Source of the DNA: Planctomycetaceae bacterium
GTDB taxonomy: Bacteria > Planctomycetota > Planctomycetia > Planctomycetales > Planctomycetaceae
NCBI GenBank assembly: GCA_002724415.1
Contig: PBOU01000106.1
Span: 14,824-78,823, forward strand
Direction: 5' to 3'
Length of the DNA: 64,000 bases
Part shown: positions 36,557 through 46,301 of the stretch, in pieces
Numbering within the stretch: position 1 is the stretch's first letter
Layout: every line of letters begins with the position of its first letter
Made by a program: the position numbers and the translations under genes
The notes under the pieces: generated by a model
What the model saw: only the letters and a program-made list of their open reading frames with translations
Databases searched by the model: none
What the model was told of the DNA's origin: nothing

Positions 36557-38032
36557 ATGCTCGTCGGCCCCCTGCTGCTGTTGGTCGCAGTGGCCGGCCT
36601 GTGGTCTGGACTGGTTCGACAACCTCTCTGGCACACCGATCTCTGGGGCCACCTCGCCTACGGACGGTGGATGGTCGAACACGATGGCCAGACGCCTTCC
36701 AACGAGCCTTTTTTGCCGCACGCCACCGGAGAACCCCTGGTCGACACGGCGCGATGGAGCCAGCTGATCGGATTCCGGATCATGTCGGCTGGCGGCGGCG
36801 AGGCCTTGCAACTGCTGTACGCCACGCTGGTGACCGGCTGCGCGTTACTGGCAGTCATACCCGTCCTGGCATCGCGACGCGGGCGACGGATTCCATCAGC
36901 GGTTTGCGGGGCCGCAATCTTCCTGGCCGTCGGCTGGCAACAGCTTCAGATCATTCGTCCACAGTTGGCCGGGCTGGCCTGCTTCACGCTGTTGTCGGCA
37001 TTGATGCACGACCCCAGGCCCTCTCGCCGGCGAGTTGTCCTGGTCGGAATCGTGCTGGGACTCTGGGCCAACCTGCACGGGTCATTCGTGATCGGCTGGT
37101 TGCTCGTGGTCCTGCACGTAATCGGACGGGTCATCGACTGCCGCCACAGGACCGGACGGTGGCGATCCGACCGGCAGCTGGCCCATCGGTTCCGCCAGGC
37201 GATTGTCGGACTGCTGGTACCGCTCGTGGCCACCCCGTACGGTGTCACGTTGCCCTGGTCAGCGTGGCAGATCGGTCAACACCCGAATCTCGCCGACATT
37301 GTCGAATGGCAACCCCTGGCCTGGGGGCAGATCCAGGCCCGGGCGATGCTGGCGGCCGTGATCCTGATTTTGGCGCTGGCTCGCGCCTCCAGGCGACGAA
37401 TCCGCACGCCGGCCTGGCTGATGCTCGCCACGACAGGTGTGGCCACGCTGGTGTGTTCACGGTGGATCAACTGGTGGGCACCAATGGCAGGATCGGTCGT
37501 CGCACTCCAGGCCAGCGGCCTGGGTCACCAGGTCCGTACCGCACCGGCATTTTCCACCCGACAAAAAGGACAACTGGCCGGGTGCGGAGTGATCGTGGCA
37601 ACACTCGCGATCATCTCGTCCCCGGCCGCGAGGGGATTGTTGACTCACCGTGACACTCTCGTGGCCCGGCGGCCATTGGTCTCTGCGAGCACACCTGTCG
37701 AAGCGACCGCGTGGCTCGTCTCACATCCTCCCAGGGGGATGGTCCTGGCTGCCTACGAGTGGGGCGATTTCCTGATCTGGCAGGGGCCGCCACAAATCCA
37801 GCTGATGGTCGCTTCTCACACCCACCTGATCCCCGAGAGCGTGTGGCGGGACTATATCGAGGTGATTGGGGTGTCCCGCGATTGGCCTCAACGACTCGAA
37901 CGCCAACAGGTCCACACGCTGGTCCTCGACAGACACCGCCAGGCCGGCCTGATCGCGGCTCTGGCCAACCACCCGCTCTGGAAAAAAAACTACTCGGACG
38001 ATCTTGCCGAGGTCTGGTCTCGGAAACAGTAG
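36557..38032 (+). CDS. Polytopic membrane protein of unknown function (possible GT-C-like)
   Basis: ATG 36557 (MLVGPLLLLVAVAGLW). More than 10 hydrophobic spans followed by a soluble C-terminal domain. Divergent from the SEDS gene. Confidence 0.55.
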   Translation: MLVGPLLLLVAVAGLWSGLVRQPLWHTDLWGHLAYGRWMVEHDGQTPSNEPFLPHATGEPLVDTARWSQLIGFRIMSAGGGEALQLLYATLVTGCALLAVIPVLASRRGRRIPSAVCGAAIFLAVGWQQLQIIRPQLAGLACFTLLSALMHDPRPSRRRVVLVGIVLGLWANLHGSFVIGWLLVVLHVIGRVIDCRHRTGRWRSDRQLAHRFRQAIVGLLVPLVATPYGVTLPWSAWQIGQHPNLADIVEWQPLAWGQIQARAMLAAVILILALARASRRRIRTPAWLMLATTGVATLVCSRWINWWAPMAGSVVALQASGLGHQVRTAPAFSTRQKGQLAGCGVIVATLAIISSPAARGLLTHRDTLVARRPLVSASTPVEATAWLVSHPPRGMVLAAYEWGDFLIWQGPPQIQLMVASHTHLIPESVWRDYIEVIGVSRDWPQRLERQQVHTLVLDRHRQAGLIAALANHPLWKKNYSDDLAEVWSRKQ

Positions 38033-39246
38033 CTGAAGGCTCCCAGCAGAGTTCCACGCGGCACCTCGTGGCAAAGCGAACACTGACGCGCGGACCGCAG
38101 AGCCCCCATCATCCTCATCCGGTCACCCTGTCTGCGAATCACCAGGGTCTTGCCGTCGTGCAGTTCCCGCAAGGCGATCGTCTCAAAACCGTCCAGGGAT
38201 CGACGTTCCGACCCGGCCAATTCGTCCATCCGTGGCAGGTTGTCCGACACGTACACCTTCGGCGTGGCGGTCTTCAGCAGGCTCACCAGTTCGATCCTCT
38301 CCAGTTGCCACCCCGATCCTCCACCTTGCTTGTCGACCTCGAACTCCCTGGTGGATGGTTCAAACCGGTCGAGACCATGGGGGCGAAATCCTGTCACGTG
38401 CTCGAGATCGCGAACCCATCCGTAGGTCCGTGGATTGGCGAAGTCCAGCAGCAGCGCCTCGTGCAGGCTCCTCAGCGGTCGTCGCGGGCTGGCACCTGGC
38501 CGTAGCGGCAACCACGGTTCGGATTTTTCTCCGGTTGAATCGGCATCGCCGGACTGCAGGGCAACCGGCTGACGCCATTTCCGGAGTTGGTCAATCCGAG
38601 CACTGTCAATGTCCGGTCCCAACATCCGCCCGAACCCGAATCCTTCACTGGTGATGAAGTTCAGGACCTGGGTCGCATGAACCATCTCCAGTGACGCACG
38701 GCGGCGGATGTACCCTCCAAACGTGTTTTCCTGCAACCGGTCCAACTCTTTCTCGGCACGCTGCAAGACCACCTCACTGGACTCCGTCAGCTTGGGCGAG
38801 GCAAGCACCAGTTGGTCTGTCGGCTGCAGTCGGTCGGTCAACGATTCAAAAGGATACTCGCGACGGGCCTGTTCGGCTCGAATCACTCCTTGCCCGCCCG
38901 CGGCTGCGATAATCAGGACCACCAGCATCGAGGCAACCACCACGAACCGTTTTGGCGGCCAGCGGAGTCGGTTCGACAACAGCGTCAGCACCAGGAGGGC
39001 CAGCGTCTGTATCAACAGGAACCAGCTCATCAACACAACCGAGATCACCAGAAGCAGCGGAAAGACCGCACCCGCCGCGGCGCCGCCAATCGTAAACCGG
39101 GGCCGGGGTCCATCCGGTTGTTCTCGTCGCCGTTGCAACCGTGCATACAACCCAAACACGCACACCTGGATGATCACCGACGCCACCATCAGGGCAATGA
39201 AACGACCCGTGTATCGCTCGGCCCAGTTGTTCATCAGGTCATTCAT
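37990..39246 (-). CDS. Membrane protein with a C-terminal domain carrying a single CxxCH motif (possible DUF3365/heme-sensor-like)
   Basis: ATG 39246 (MNDLMNNW). Four N-terminal TM spans. The C-terminus is LRELHDGKTLVIRRQGDRMRMMGALRSARQCSLCHEVPRGTLLGAFSY. Confidence 0.5.
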   Translation of the reverse strand: MNDLMNNWAERYTGRFIALMVASVIIQVCVFGLYARLQRRREQPDGPRPRFTIGGAAAGAVFPLLLVISVVLMSWFLLIQTLALLVLTLLSNRLRWPPKRFVVVASMLVVLIIAAAGGQGVIRAEQARREYPFESLTDRLQPTDQLVLASPKLTESSEVVLQRAEKELDRLQENTFGGYIRRRASLEMVHATQVLNFITSEGFGFGRMLGPDIDSARIDQLRKWRQPVALQSGDADSTGEKSEPWLPLRPGASPRRPLRSLHEALLLDFANPRTYGWVRDLEHVTGFRPHGLDRFEPSTREFEVDKQGGGSGWQLERIELVSLLKTATPKVYVSDNLPRMDELAGSERRSLDGFETIALRELHDGKTLVIRRQGDRMRMMGALRSARQCSLCHEVPRGTLLGAFSYCFRDQTSARSSE

Positions 39247-39354
39247 AATGCACCAGCCTTCCGGGACAATCCGCCGCGATCGACCCGAGGAGCGAAAGCT
39301 GGCCGACAGCCAACCAGCCCGCCACCATGGTAACACCCGGCCGTGACGCGACAA

Positions 39355-40503
39355 TCATCCAATCGCATCGCTCATCGTCTTGCGAAATCCTGTCTCGTCA
39401 CCGTCGTCCACCGCCCGGGCCGCACGTTTCAAGCACTCGACAAGCCGGGTCGAAACCGGCACCGCCGTCCCGGGCTCGGGAACCCTGGGGACCAGACGCC
39501 CCACGATCGCCGCAGCCAGCGAATCGATGCCTTCACCGGTGAGGGCCGAAACCGACAGAGTCCCATCAGGCAACATGCCGCCGGTCTCATCCCCCAGGTC
39601 ACATTTGTTGGCCACCACCAACCCCGTTCCCATCGCCGCAATTGACCGGCTGGTCGATTCATCCACCGGACACGACCCATCAACGACCAGCACCACCAAA
39701 TCGGCCGCTTCGATTTCCCGGCGAGTGTGCTCGATCCCAATCGCCTCGATCTCATCATCGGTGTCTCTCAATCCGGCCGTGTCGACCAGCCGGACCGGCC
39801 AACCATCAATCGCGGTGTGTCCCACGACCGCATCGCGCGTGGTCCCCGGCTCGTCCCAGACAATCGCTCGACCAAATCCCAGCAGGGCATTCAGCAGGCT
39901 CGACTTGCCAACGTTGGCAGCTCCAGCCAGGACCACCACCGGCGGACCGGCCAACACGCGTCCCAACCCGGACCACTCGAGCAACTCGTTCACCAGCCCG
40001 GCAAGCTCATCCCGCGACCCCCAATCCGTTGTTTCGATCCGTCGCAGCGACCGCAGCAGGATTCCCGATTGTTGATCGAGCAGGATGGACGCCAACCGCC
40101 AGGTCGTTGCCGCCGCCAACGCCTCGGTCACCTCGATCTCGACCCGGCGGGCCGGTTCGCCGCACCGCCCCCCGGTCAACTCGATCCACTCGCACTTCCT
40201 CGCCCCGGACTCGACAAGATCGCCGAGTATTCGTGCCACCGCCACCGTGCCACCATGACAGTGCACCTCGACCCGCGTGTCGCCGGTCCGGCACACCACG
40301 ACCTGTTCGGATGGCAAACCGTTCTCGAGGTCGCCCCAGCGTCCAAAACAGATCCGACCGACCTCCTGATCGACCAATTCAAGGCCGTTGACCGCAACGA
40401 AAAGCCGGCCCCAATCCAGCCCATCGGCCGGCCCGTCCACCAGGACGGTGGCGATCGCTCCACGGCCCGGCGGCGTCAACACCGCCACGCGGGTGGTGTT
40501 CAC
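39355..40503 (-). CDS. mnmE: MnmE/TrmE-like tRNA-modification GTPase, short form lacking the C-terminal C(I/L/V)GK motif
   Basis: N-terminal domain VAVLTPPGRGAIATVLVDG. G motifs GAANVGKSSLLNALLG, GTTRD, DTAGLR and NKCD. GTG start at 40503 forms a GTGA overlap with the coaX stop. The protein ends ..TGFRKTMSDAIG. Confidence 0.7.
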   Translation of the reverse strand: MNTTRVAVLTPPGRGAIATVLVDGPADGLDWGRLFVAVNGLELVDQEVGRICFGRWGDLENGLPSEQVVVCRTGDTRVEVHCHGGTVAVARILGDLVESGARKCEWIELTGGRCGEPARRVEIEVTEALAAATTWRLASILLDQQSGILLRSLRRIETTDWGSRDELAGLVNELLEWSGLGRVLAGPPVVVLAGAANVGKSSLLNALLGFGRAIVWDEPGTTRDAVVGHTAIDGWPVRLVDTAGLRDTDDEIEAIGIEHTRREIEAADLVVLVVDGSCPVDESTSRSIAAMGTGLVVANKCDLGDETGGMLPDGTLSVSALTGEGIDSLAAAIVGRLVPRVPEPGTAVPVSTRLVECLKRAARAVDDGDETGFRKTMSDAIG

Positions 40504-41318
40504 GGGGAGTCTCCCCGGACAGCGCTCCGTGCCACCTCGGCAAGACCGCACAGGCCCAGGTGCGGAACGAACCGGGCTTCGGCGAGTGCCGTGGCCAACA
40601 GCGGCCCCCCTCCACCGGTCAGAAACAGGTCCACCTGTCCACCTCCAACCGAACCAGATATCTCGCGAACCAGCTCGCGAACGGCTCCCAGCTGACCGAA
40701 GAACAACCCGCTCTTGATCGCCGTCGTGGTGTCCTGGCCAATCACCGGCGGCGGACCAACCCCGAGTTGCTCGAGCGTGACCAGTGGCAGCAATGCGGTG
40801 TAGCGATGCAGCGACTGGGCCAACAGTCCAAATCCAGGCAGAATGGCTCCACCACCAAATCCGCCCGTGGCATCGACCACGTCCACGGTCGTGGCCGTTC
40901 CCGAATCAACAATGATCGCAGCACGTTGTGCGGCCGCCAGTCGCCTGACCGCGACGGCGTTGAGCAGTCGATCGATTCCGACCTGGTCCGGATGATCCAG
41001 TTGCACGTCGAGGTCCAGGCAACTCGAGTCGGTCAAAACTCTCGGGGCGGGCCATCCCGACGGCCAGTCCTCGGCCACCACGTCACGAACAAGCGGATTC
41101 GACCCGGCCACGATGCCGTGCGGGGGGACCGAATCCGATTCGCCCAGCCAGCCACGGATCTCCTCCCACGGCATGGGGCCATCGGGTGCTGCCGCCAGTG
41201 AATCGACCAGCTCGGGCAATCCATCGACAATTGACGCCAGGTCGAACATCCCGAACTTGACCCGGCTGTTGCCGACGTCGACGGCCAGCAACCTGGAAGT
41301 GACGGGTCCGTCGTTCAC
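40500..41318 (-). CDS. coaX: Type III pantothenate kinase
   Basis: LLAVDVGNSRVKFGMF and DSGTATTVD motifs. GTG start with a GTGA overlap on the upstream gene stop. Confidence 0.85.
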   Translation of the reverse strand: MNDGPVTSRLLAVDVGNSRVKFGMFDLASIVDGLPELVDSLAAAPDGPMPWEEIRGWLGESDSVPPHGIVAGSNPLVRDVVAEDWPSGWPAPRVLTDSSCLDLDVQLDHPDQVGIDRLLNAVAVRRLAAAQRAAIIVDSGTATTVDVVDATGGFGGGAILPGFGLLAQSLHRYTALLPLVTLEQLGVGPPPVIGQDTTTAIKSGLFFGQLGAVRELVREISGSVGGGQVDLFLTGGGGPLLATALAEARFVPHLGLCGLAEVARSAVRGDSP

Positions 41319-42352
41319 GTGCCCTGTGCCTCCATGCGATCGATCAGGGCGGCCACGAACTGCGAGGTGTCCAGGTCACCGCCAAGATCGCGAGTCAGGC
41401 AACCCTCGTTCAGGGCGAGATTGTACGCATGCTTGATCCGGTCACCAGCCTCGCGACATGCCAGGTTCTCGCGAGTATCAGCGATGTGATTGAGCATCAT
41501 GACCGATGACATGGTCACCGCCAGTGGATTGGCGACACCCTGACCGGCAATGTCCGGAGCCGATCCGTGAACCGCCTCGAACACCGCCAAATCCTCACCA
41601 ATATTTGCTCCCGGAACCACACCCAGCCCGCCGACCAGGCCCGCACACAGGTCACTGACAACATCTCCGTAAAGATTCTCCAGCAACAGCACGTCAAACT
41701 GTGACGGGTCCTGCACCAGCTTCATGCAACCCGCATCGATGATCACTTCCTCGAACTCGATGTTCGGATACTCATCCTGGTGCACCTGCCGTGCACAACG
41801 GAGAAACAACCCGTCGGTGAGTTTCATGATGTTGGCCTTGTGGAAGACCGTGATCTTTTTCCTGTCGCGACGCGTGGCGAAACGGAAACCCCAGCGGGCG
41901 ATCCGCTCGCAGGCTGTTTCAGTCGCCACCTTCATGCTCATCACCACGTCAGGCGTCACCTGGTTCTCGACGCCGCTGTAAAGGCCCTCGGTGTTCTCGC
42001 GGACTATCACGAGGTCAACATCATCGAAACGGGTCGAAACACCCATCAGGTTGCGAACCGGCCGCACGGCGGCGAAGAGGTTGAGTCGCTGTCGAAGCTG
42101 GACGTTGACCGACGTGAATCCGTCGCCCACCGGAGTTGTGCAGGGACCCTTCAGGGCCACGCCACAATGACGAATGGCATCCACGGTCGATTCGGGCAAG
42201 ACCTCCTGGCCCTGCTCCAACGCCGACAGGCCCGCATGGTGCACCTGGAAAACCAGCGGAGCACCGGCGGCCTCGAGTATCCGACTGGCGGCATCGGTGA
42301 CTTCCGGACCGATCCCGTCGCCGGGAATCAACACAACTTCAAACGGATTCAT
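41315..42352 (-). CDS. Isocitrate/isopropylmalate dehydrogenase family enzyme (NAD-IDH / homoisocitrate dehydrogenase-like)
   Basis: LIPGDGIGPEV, IVRENTEGLYSG, NLYGDVVSDLCAGLVGGLG and HGSAPDIAG. Confidence 0.8.
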   Translation of the reverse strand: MNPFEVVLIPGDGIGPEVTDAASRILEAAGAPLVFQVHHAGLSALEQGQEVLPESTVDAIRHCGVALKGPCTTPVGDGFTSVNVQLRQRLNLFAAVRPVRNLMGVSTRFDDVDLVIVRENTEGLYSGVENQVTPDVVMSMKVATETACERIARWGFRFATRRDRKKITVFHKANIMKLTDGLFLRCARQVHQDEYPNIEFEEVIIDAGCMKLVQDPSQFDVLLLENLYGDVVSDLCAGLVGGLGVVPGANIGEDLAVFEAVHGSAPDIAGQGVANPLAVTMSSVMMLNHIADTRENLACREAGDRIKHAYNLALNEGCLTRDLGGDLDTSQFVAALIDRMEAQGT

Positions 42353-42364
42353 CAACCGATCCCC

Positions 42365-43510
42365 TCAATTTCCGGGAATCTCCAGCACATCAAGAATGCG
42401 CTGATGAACAACCCGTCCACCACTGGTAACCAGGGTGCCGACAGCCACCTCGTCATCAGATTCGACATCGATCTGACCATCTCGACACACGTGCAACAGG
42501 AAATTGGCCACGTTGTTGGCATACATCAGGCTGGCATGAGCCGGCACACTGCGAGGAATATCCAACGGGCCGAGGATACTCACCCCGTGATCGGAAGTGA
42601 AGTTCTGCCCCGGCCTGGTCAACTCACAGTTTCCACCCCGTTCAGCGGCCAGGTCGACGATGACTGAACCCGGCTTCATTGCCGAGACCATCTCGGAGGT
42701 CAGCAGGGTCGGAGCCGGGCGACCCGGAATCAGGGCCGTGGTGATCACGGCATCCATCTCGGCCAGGTGAGCAGTCATGGCCTGTTGTTGCCGGGCGGCC
42801 TGGTCCTCGCTTTGTTCACGAGCGTACCCGCCGGCGTCCTCGGCATCGGTCGTCGTGTCGATCAACTCCAGGAACTCAGCCCCCAGGCTTTCCACCTGTT
42901 CCTTGACCACCGGGCGAATGTCGTAACCCCAGACCAGGGCCCCCAGTCGACGCGCCGTGGCGATTGCCTGCAACCCGGCCACACCAGCACCCAACACGAG
43001 CACCTTGGCTGGATGCAGTGTCCCGGCAGCGGTGGTCAGGTACGGCATGATCCCCGGCATCGCCATCGACGCCAGCAATACCGCCTGGTAGCCCGAGAGC
43101 GTGCTCATTGAACTGAGAACATCCATCGACTGTGCCCGGGCAATCCGGGGAACCATGTCGAGTGAAAATGCCGAGACACCCTGGTTGGCCAGTCGCAAGA
43201 CCAGGTCTTTCTCGATCATCGGGTTGAGCGTGGCGACCAGCACGGCTCCCGCGGGAATCCGTTCCACCGTTTCGGCGTCCGGCGGATTCACGCCCAGGAC
43301 CACCTCGGCGCCGGAGAACAATGCAGCCCGGTCCTCGACAATCTCAGCCCCCGATTCCCTGAACTCCGTGTCGGTGATGCCCGATCCAACCCCGGCACCC
43401 GATTCGACGTGAACCGACAAGCCGGCGCGGTCCATCCGCTTGACCGTTCGTGGCGTCGCCGCCACACGTGTCTCACCCGCGGCCAGTTCCCTGGGCACCA
43501 CGACCTTCAT
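42365..43510 (-). CDS. pntAA: NAD(P) transhydrogenase subunit alpha part 1
   Basis: Alanine dehydrogenase/PNT fold. VLVLGAGVAGLQAIATARRLGA Rossmann motif. 381 aa. Confidence 0.88.
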   Translation of the reverse strand: MKVVVPRELAAGETRVAATPRTVKRMDRAGLSVHVESGAGVGSGITDTEFRESGAEIVEDRAALFSGAEVVLGVNPPDAETVERIPAGAVLVATLNPMIEKDLVLRLANQGVSAFSLDMVPRIARAQSMDVLSSMSTLSGYQAVLLASMAMPGIMPYLTTAAGTLHPAKVLVLGAGVAGLQAIATARRLGALVWGYDIRPVVKEQVESLGAEFLELIDTTTDAEDAGGYAREQSEDQAARQQQAMTAHLAEMDAVITTALIPGRPAPTLLTSEMVSAMKPGSVIVDLAAERGGNCELTRPGQNFTSDHGVSILGPLDIPRSVPAHASLMYANNVANFLLHVCRDGQIDVESDDEVAVGTLVTSGGRVVHQRILDVLEIPGN

Positions 43511-43534
43511 TGTGTCCCTGCCTGCTTCCTGCCG

Positions 43535-44929
43535 TTACAGCGTGAGAGTCTCGACGAGCTGCTCAGCGACCTGTTTGCCGTCACCAAAGAGCATCGCGCA
43601 ATTGGGTGCCACGAACAGCTCGTTGGAAATCCCCGCAAACCCCGGACTCATACTTCTCTTGATCACGATCACCTGGGCGGCCTGGTCAACATCGAGGATC
43701 GGCATCCCGTAGATCGGGCTTCCCTCGGCCGTGCGGGCCGCCGGATTGCAGATGTCATTGGCTCCCATCACCAGTGCCACGTCCGCCTCGGCAAACTCCG
43801 GGTTGATCTCGTCCATCTCAACCAGGTCGTCGTAGGGGACATTGGCGTCGGCCAACAGCACGTTCATGTGTCCGGGCATTCGTCCGGCCACCGGGTGGAT
43901 CGCGTACTTGACGCTGATCCCACGCTCCTTGAGAACATCAGCCATTTCCCGGATAGCAAAATGAGCTCCTGCAGCGGCCATACCGTAGCCGGGTACCACG
44001 ATCACCCGACGGGCATCGAAGAGTCGTTCGGCGGCTTCGACGGCCGAAATCGACTGAGGGTCCCCCTGCAACTCGCCACCGCCACTTGCAACAGCTGTCC
44101 CGCCTCCCACGGCACCAAACAACACGTTGGTCAGCGAACGATTCATCGCGCGGCACATCAGCAACGAGAGCAGCAGGCCCGAGGAACCATCCAGCGCGCC
44201 GGCAATGATCAAGACCTTGTTGCTCAGCACGAAGCCGGTGGCCGCGGCCGCCAGTCCCGAGTACGCATTGAGCATCGCGATGACCACCGGCATGTCCGCG
44301 CCACCGATCGGCAACACGAACATCACGCCGAACAACAATGCCATGGCGGCCAGGACAAAGAAGAACACCGGGTCGAGCTTGGCCATGACCAACCCGGCAA
44401 TCAGGCCCAGCATCACCACCAACCACAACACGTTGACCACGTTCTGGCCCGGGTAGGTCAATGGCTTGCTACTCACCAGCCCGCGCAACTTGCCGAAGGC
44501 CACCATGCTGCCGGTGAATGTCAACGCACCCAGCATGATCTCCAGGCCCGCCACGCCAACATGGAATGCGTCAAAATCCGCCGCCGTGGCCCCATCCGGC
44601 GGACTGATCACGTGGCGGATCACCTCACAGATTCCCACCAATCCACTGGCAGCGCCGCCGAGCCCATTGACGATCGCGATCCGTTCCGGCATCGCCGTCA
44701 TCGGCATGAACACGGCCATCAACAGCCCGATCACCCCTCCGGCAACCATGCCCACCGCGATCCATTCCCACTTGACGATCAGGCCGTGCTGCATTGTCCC
44801 GAGAATTGCCAGCACCATGCCAACGGCGGCCAGCATGTTGCCCCGACGGGCTGTCTCGGCCGAACTCAAGTCACGGATTCCAACAATGAACAACACCGCC
44901 GCGGCCAGGTACAGCCACTCGGTCGTCAT
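43535..44929 (-). CDS. pntB: NAD(P) transhydrogenase subunit beta
   Basis: N-terminal TM bundle followed by a dIII domain ([52 protein letters not shown]-like). ATG 44929 preferred over the track GTG 44956. Confidence 0.88.
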   Translation of the reverse strand: [464 protein letters not shown]

Positions 44930-44959
44930 CGGCACCAATTCGGCGATCACGTGCACCCT

Positions 44960-45364
44960 CTACCGACTCCCCTTGCGGAACTTGGCCAACATCCGGTCGG
45001 TGATTGCAAACCCACCGACCACGTTGCACATGGCGCAACCGACTGCCACACCGCCCAGCACGTTGCAGATCACCGGTTCAGACAGTCCGGCGGCGACCAG
45101 GGAACCGACCAGGGAAATGCCCGAGATCGCATTGGTCCCAGACATCAGGGGGGTGTGCAACAGTGGTGGCACTCGCGTGATCAACTGGTGACCGAGAAAC
45201 GAGGCCAGCACAAAAATGTACAGCAGGATCAGCAACTCCGATCCGTCCACGCCCTGGGCACTCCCAACTCGGCTGGTGGTCTCGTCGGCCAGCAGTTGAC
45301 CGCCTCCCAGCAATGCGAGACTCAACGCGGCGACAGGCAACCGGAGCAACCAACTCTCTCGCAT
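44960..45364 (-). CDS. pntAB: NAD(P) transhydrogenase subunit alpha part 2 (membrane)
   Basis: ATG 45364. LYIFVLASFLGHQLITRVPPLLHTPLMSGTNAISGISLVGSLV is the conserved PntA C-terminal TM segment. The rest of the 405-aa track ORF is read-through antisense to the ABC gene. Confidence 0.8.
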   Translation of the reverse strand: MRESWLLRLPVAALSLALLGGGQLLADETTSRVGSAQGVDGSELLILLYIFVLASFLGHQLITRVPPLLHTPLMSGTNAISGISLVGSLVAAGLSEPVICNVLGGVAVGCAMCNVVGGFAITDRMLAKFRKGSR

Positions 45365-45533
45365 CAAAATCCACTCCACAAACAACACAACGACGGGGAC
45401 AATAATGCAACAGGACCGATCAGGACAAGACCCCAGCTGGTTGGGTAGAGCAACTGCCCCAATCCGGTAGGATGCGAGGACATCTATCCGGTGGACACTC
45501 CTCGACCAGTCACTCGACAGGAATTCGACCCTC

Positions 45534-46301
45534 TTGGACCGCACGACAACCCACCCCGCCCTGGCCCTCGATCGGACGACCGTCGCTTTCGACCCCGACC
45601 ACATCGTGCTGGACCAGGTGGACCTGGAAATCGCCACCGGGGAATTCGTCGGGCTGGTCGGCCCCTCGGGTTGTGGAAAATCGACGGTACTGAGACTCCT
45701 GGCCGGATTGCTCGAACCCAATTCCGGGACCATCCACCGCTCGGAGAGCCAACGGATCGCCCTGGTGTTCCAGGAACCCAACCTGTTGCCGTGGCGGACG
45801 GTCGAAGAGAACATCCGACTGCCCCTGGAACTGTCGGGTACCGCCGCAACCGAGACCCGACGGAGAGTCGACGAGAGTCTCGAGTTGATCGGGTTCACCA
45901 AAGCCGACGTGTCGAAACGACCCCGCGAGCTCTCCGGAGGGATGCGGATGAGGGTGTCGCTGGCGCGGGCGCTGGTCACCCGGCCCGACGTGTTGCTCCT
46001 CGATGAACCCTTTGCCGCCCTGGACGACCTGCTCCGCGAACAACTCAACGAGGAACTGCTGGCCATCCACGCGACCCGCAACACCACGGCCGTCTTTGTC
46101 ACCCACAACGTCTCCGAGGCGGTCTTTCTCTCCGACCGCGTGGTGGTGATGCCACCGGGGACCGGCCAGGAATTCACCGAAGTTCCGGTCGAATTCCCAC
46201 GACCACGAAGCGCCTCATTGCGAGCCGACGCGGCCTTTGCCCGGCTGGCTGGTGACGTGTCCGTTTGCCTGCGACAGGCGAGCGGAGAGGTGAAGAGATG
46301 A
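45534..46301 (+). CDS. ABC transporter ATP-binding protein (NitT/TauT, SsuB-like)
   Basis: GLVGPSGCGKSTVLR, LSGGMRMRVSLARAL and LLLDEPFAALD. TTG start. Confidence 0.85.
   Translation: MDRTTTHPALALDRTTVAFDPDHIVLDQVDLEIATGEFVGLVGPSGCGKSTVLRLLAGLLEPNSGTIHRSESQRIALVFQEPNLLPWRTVEENIRLPLELSGTAATETRRRVDESLELIGFTKADVSKRPRELSGGMRMRVSLARALVTRPDVLLLDEPFAALDDLLREQLNEELLAIHATRNTTAVFVTHNVSEAVFLSDRVVVMPPGTGQEFTEVPVEFPRPRSASLRADAAFARLAGDVSVCLRQASGEVKR

Noticed and set aside
39246-39357. The MnmE-like ORF and the downstream membrane-protein ORF are in the same frame, separated by a single TGA (possible read-through, selenocysteine or fusion)
   Set aside because: The sequence after the TGA (LSRHGRVLPWWRAGW..) does not resemble the missing MnmE C-terminus. 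No SECIS-like element is obvious. The downstream protein has its own plausible ATG at 39246. This is most likely a coincidence of frame.
43409-45448. 679-aa + strand ORF opposite pntB/pntAB
   Set aside because: It has the same shadow-ORF signature (H/R/Q/G-rich). The minus strand encodes clear transhydrogenase subunits.
44960-46177. 405-aa minus-strand ORF
   Set aside because: Only the last 134 codons (ATG 45364) look like PntAB. The upstream part is antisense to the ABC ATPase gene and is biased in composition.
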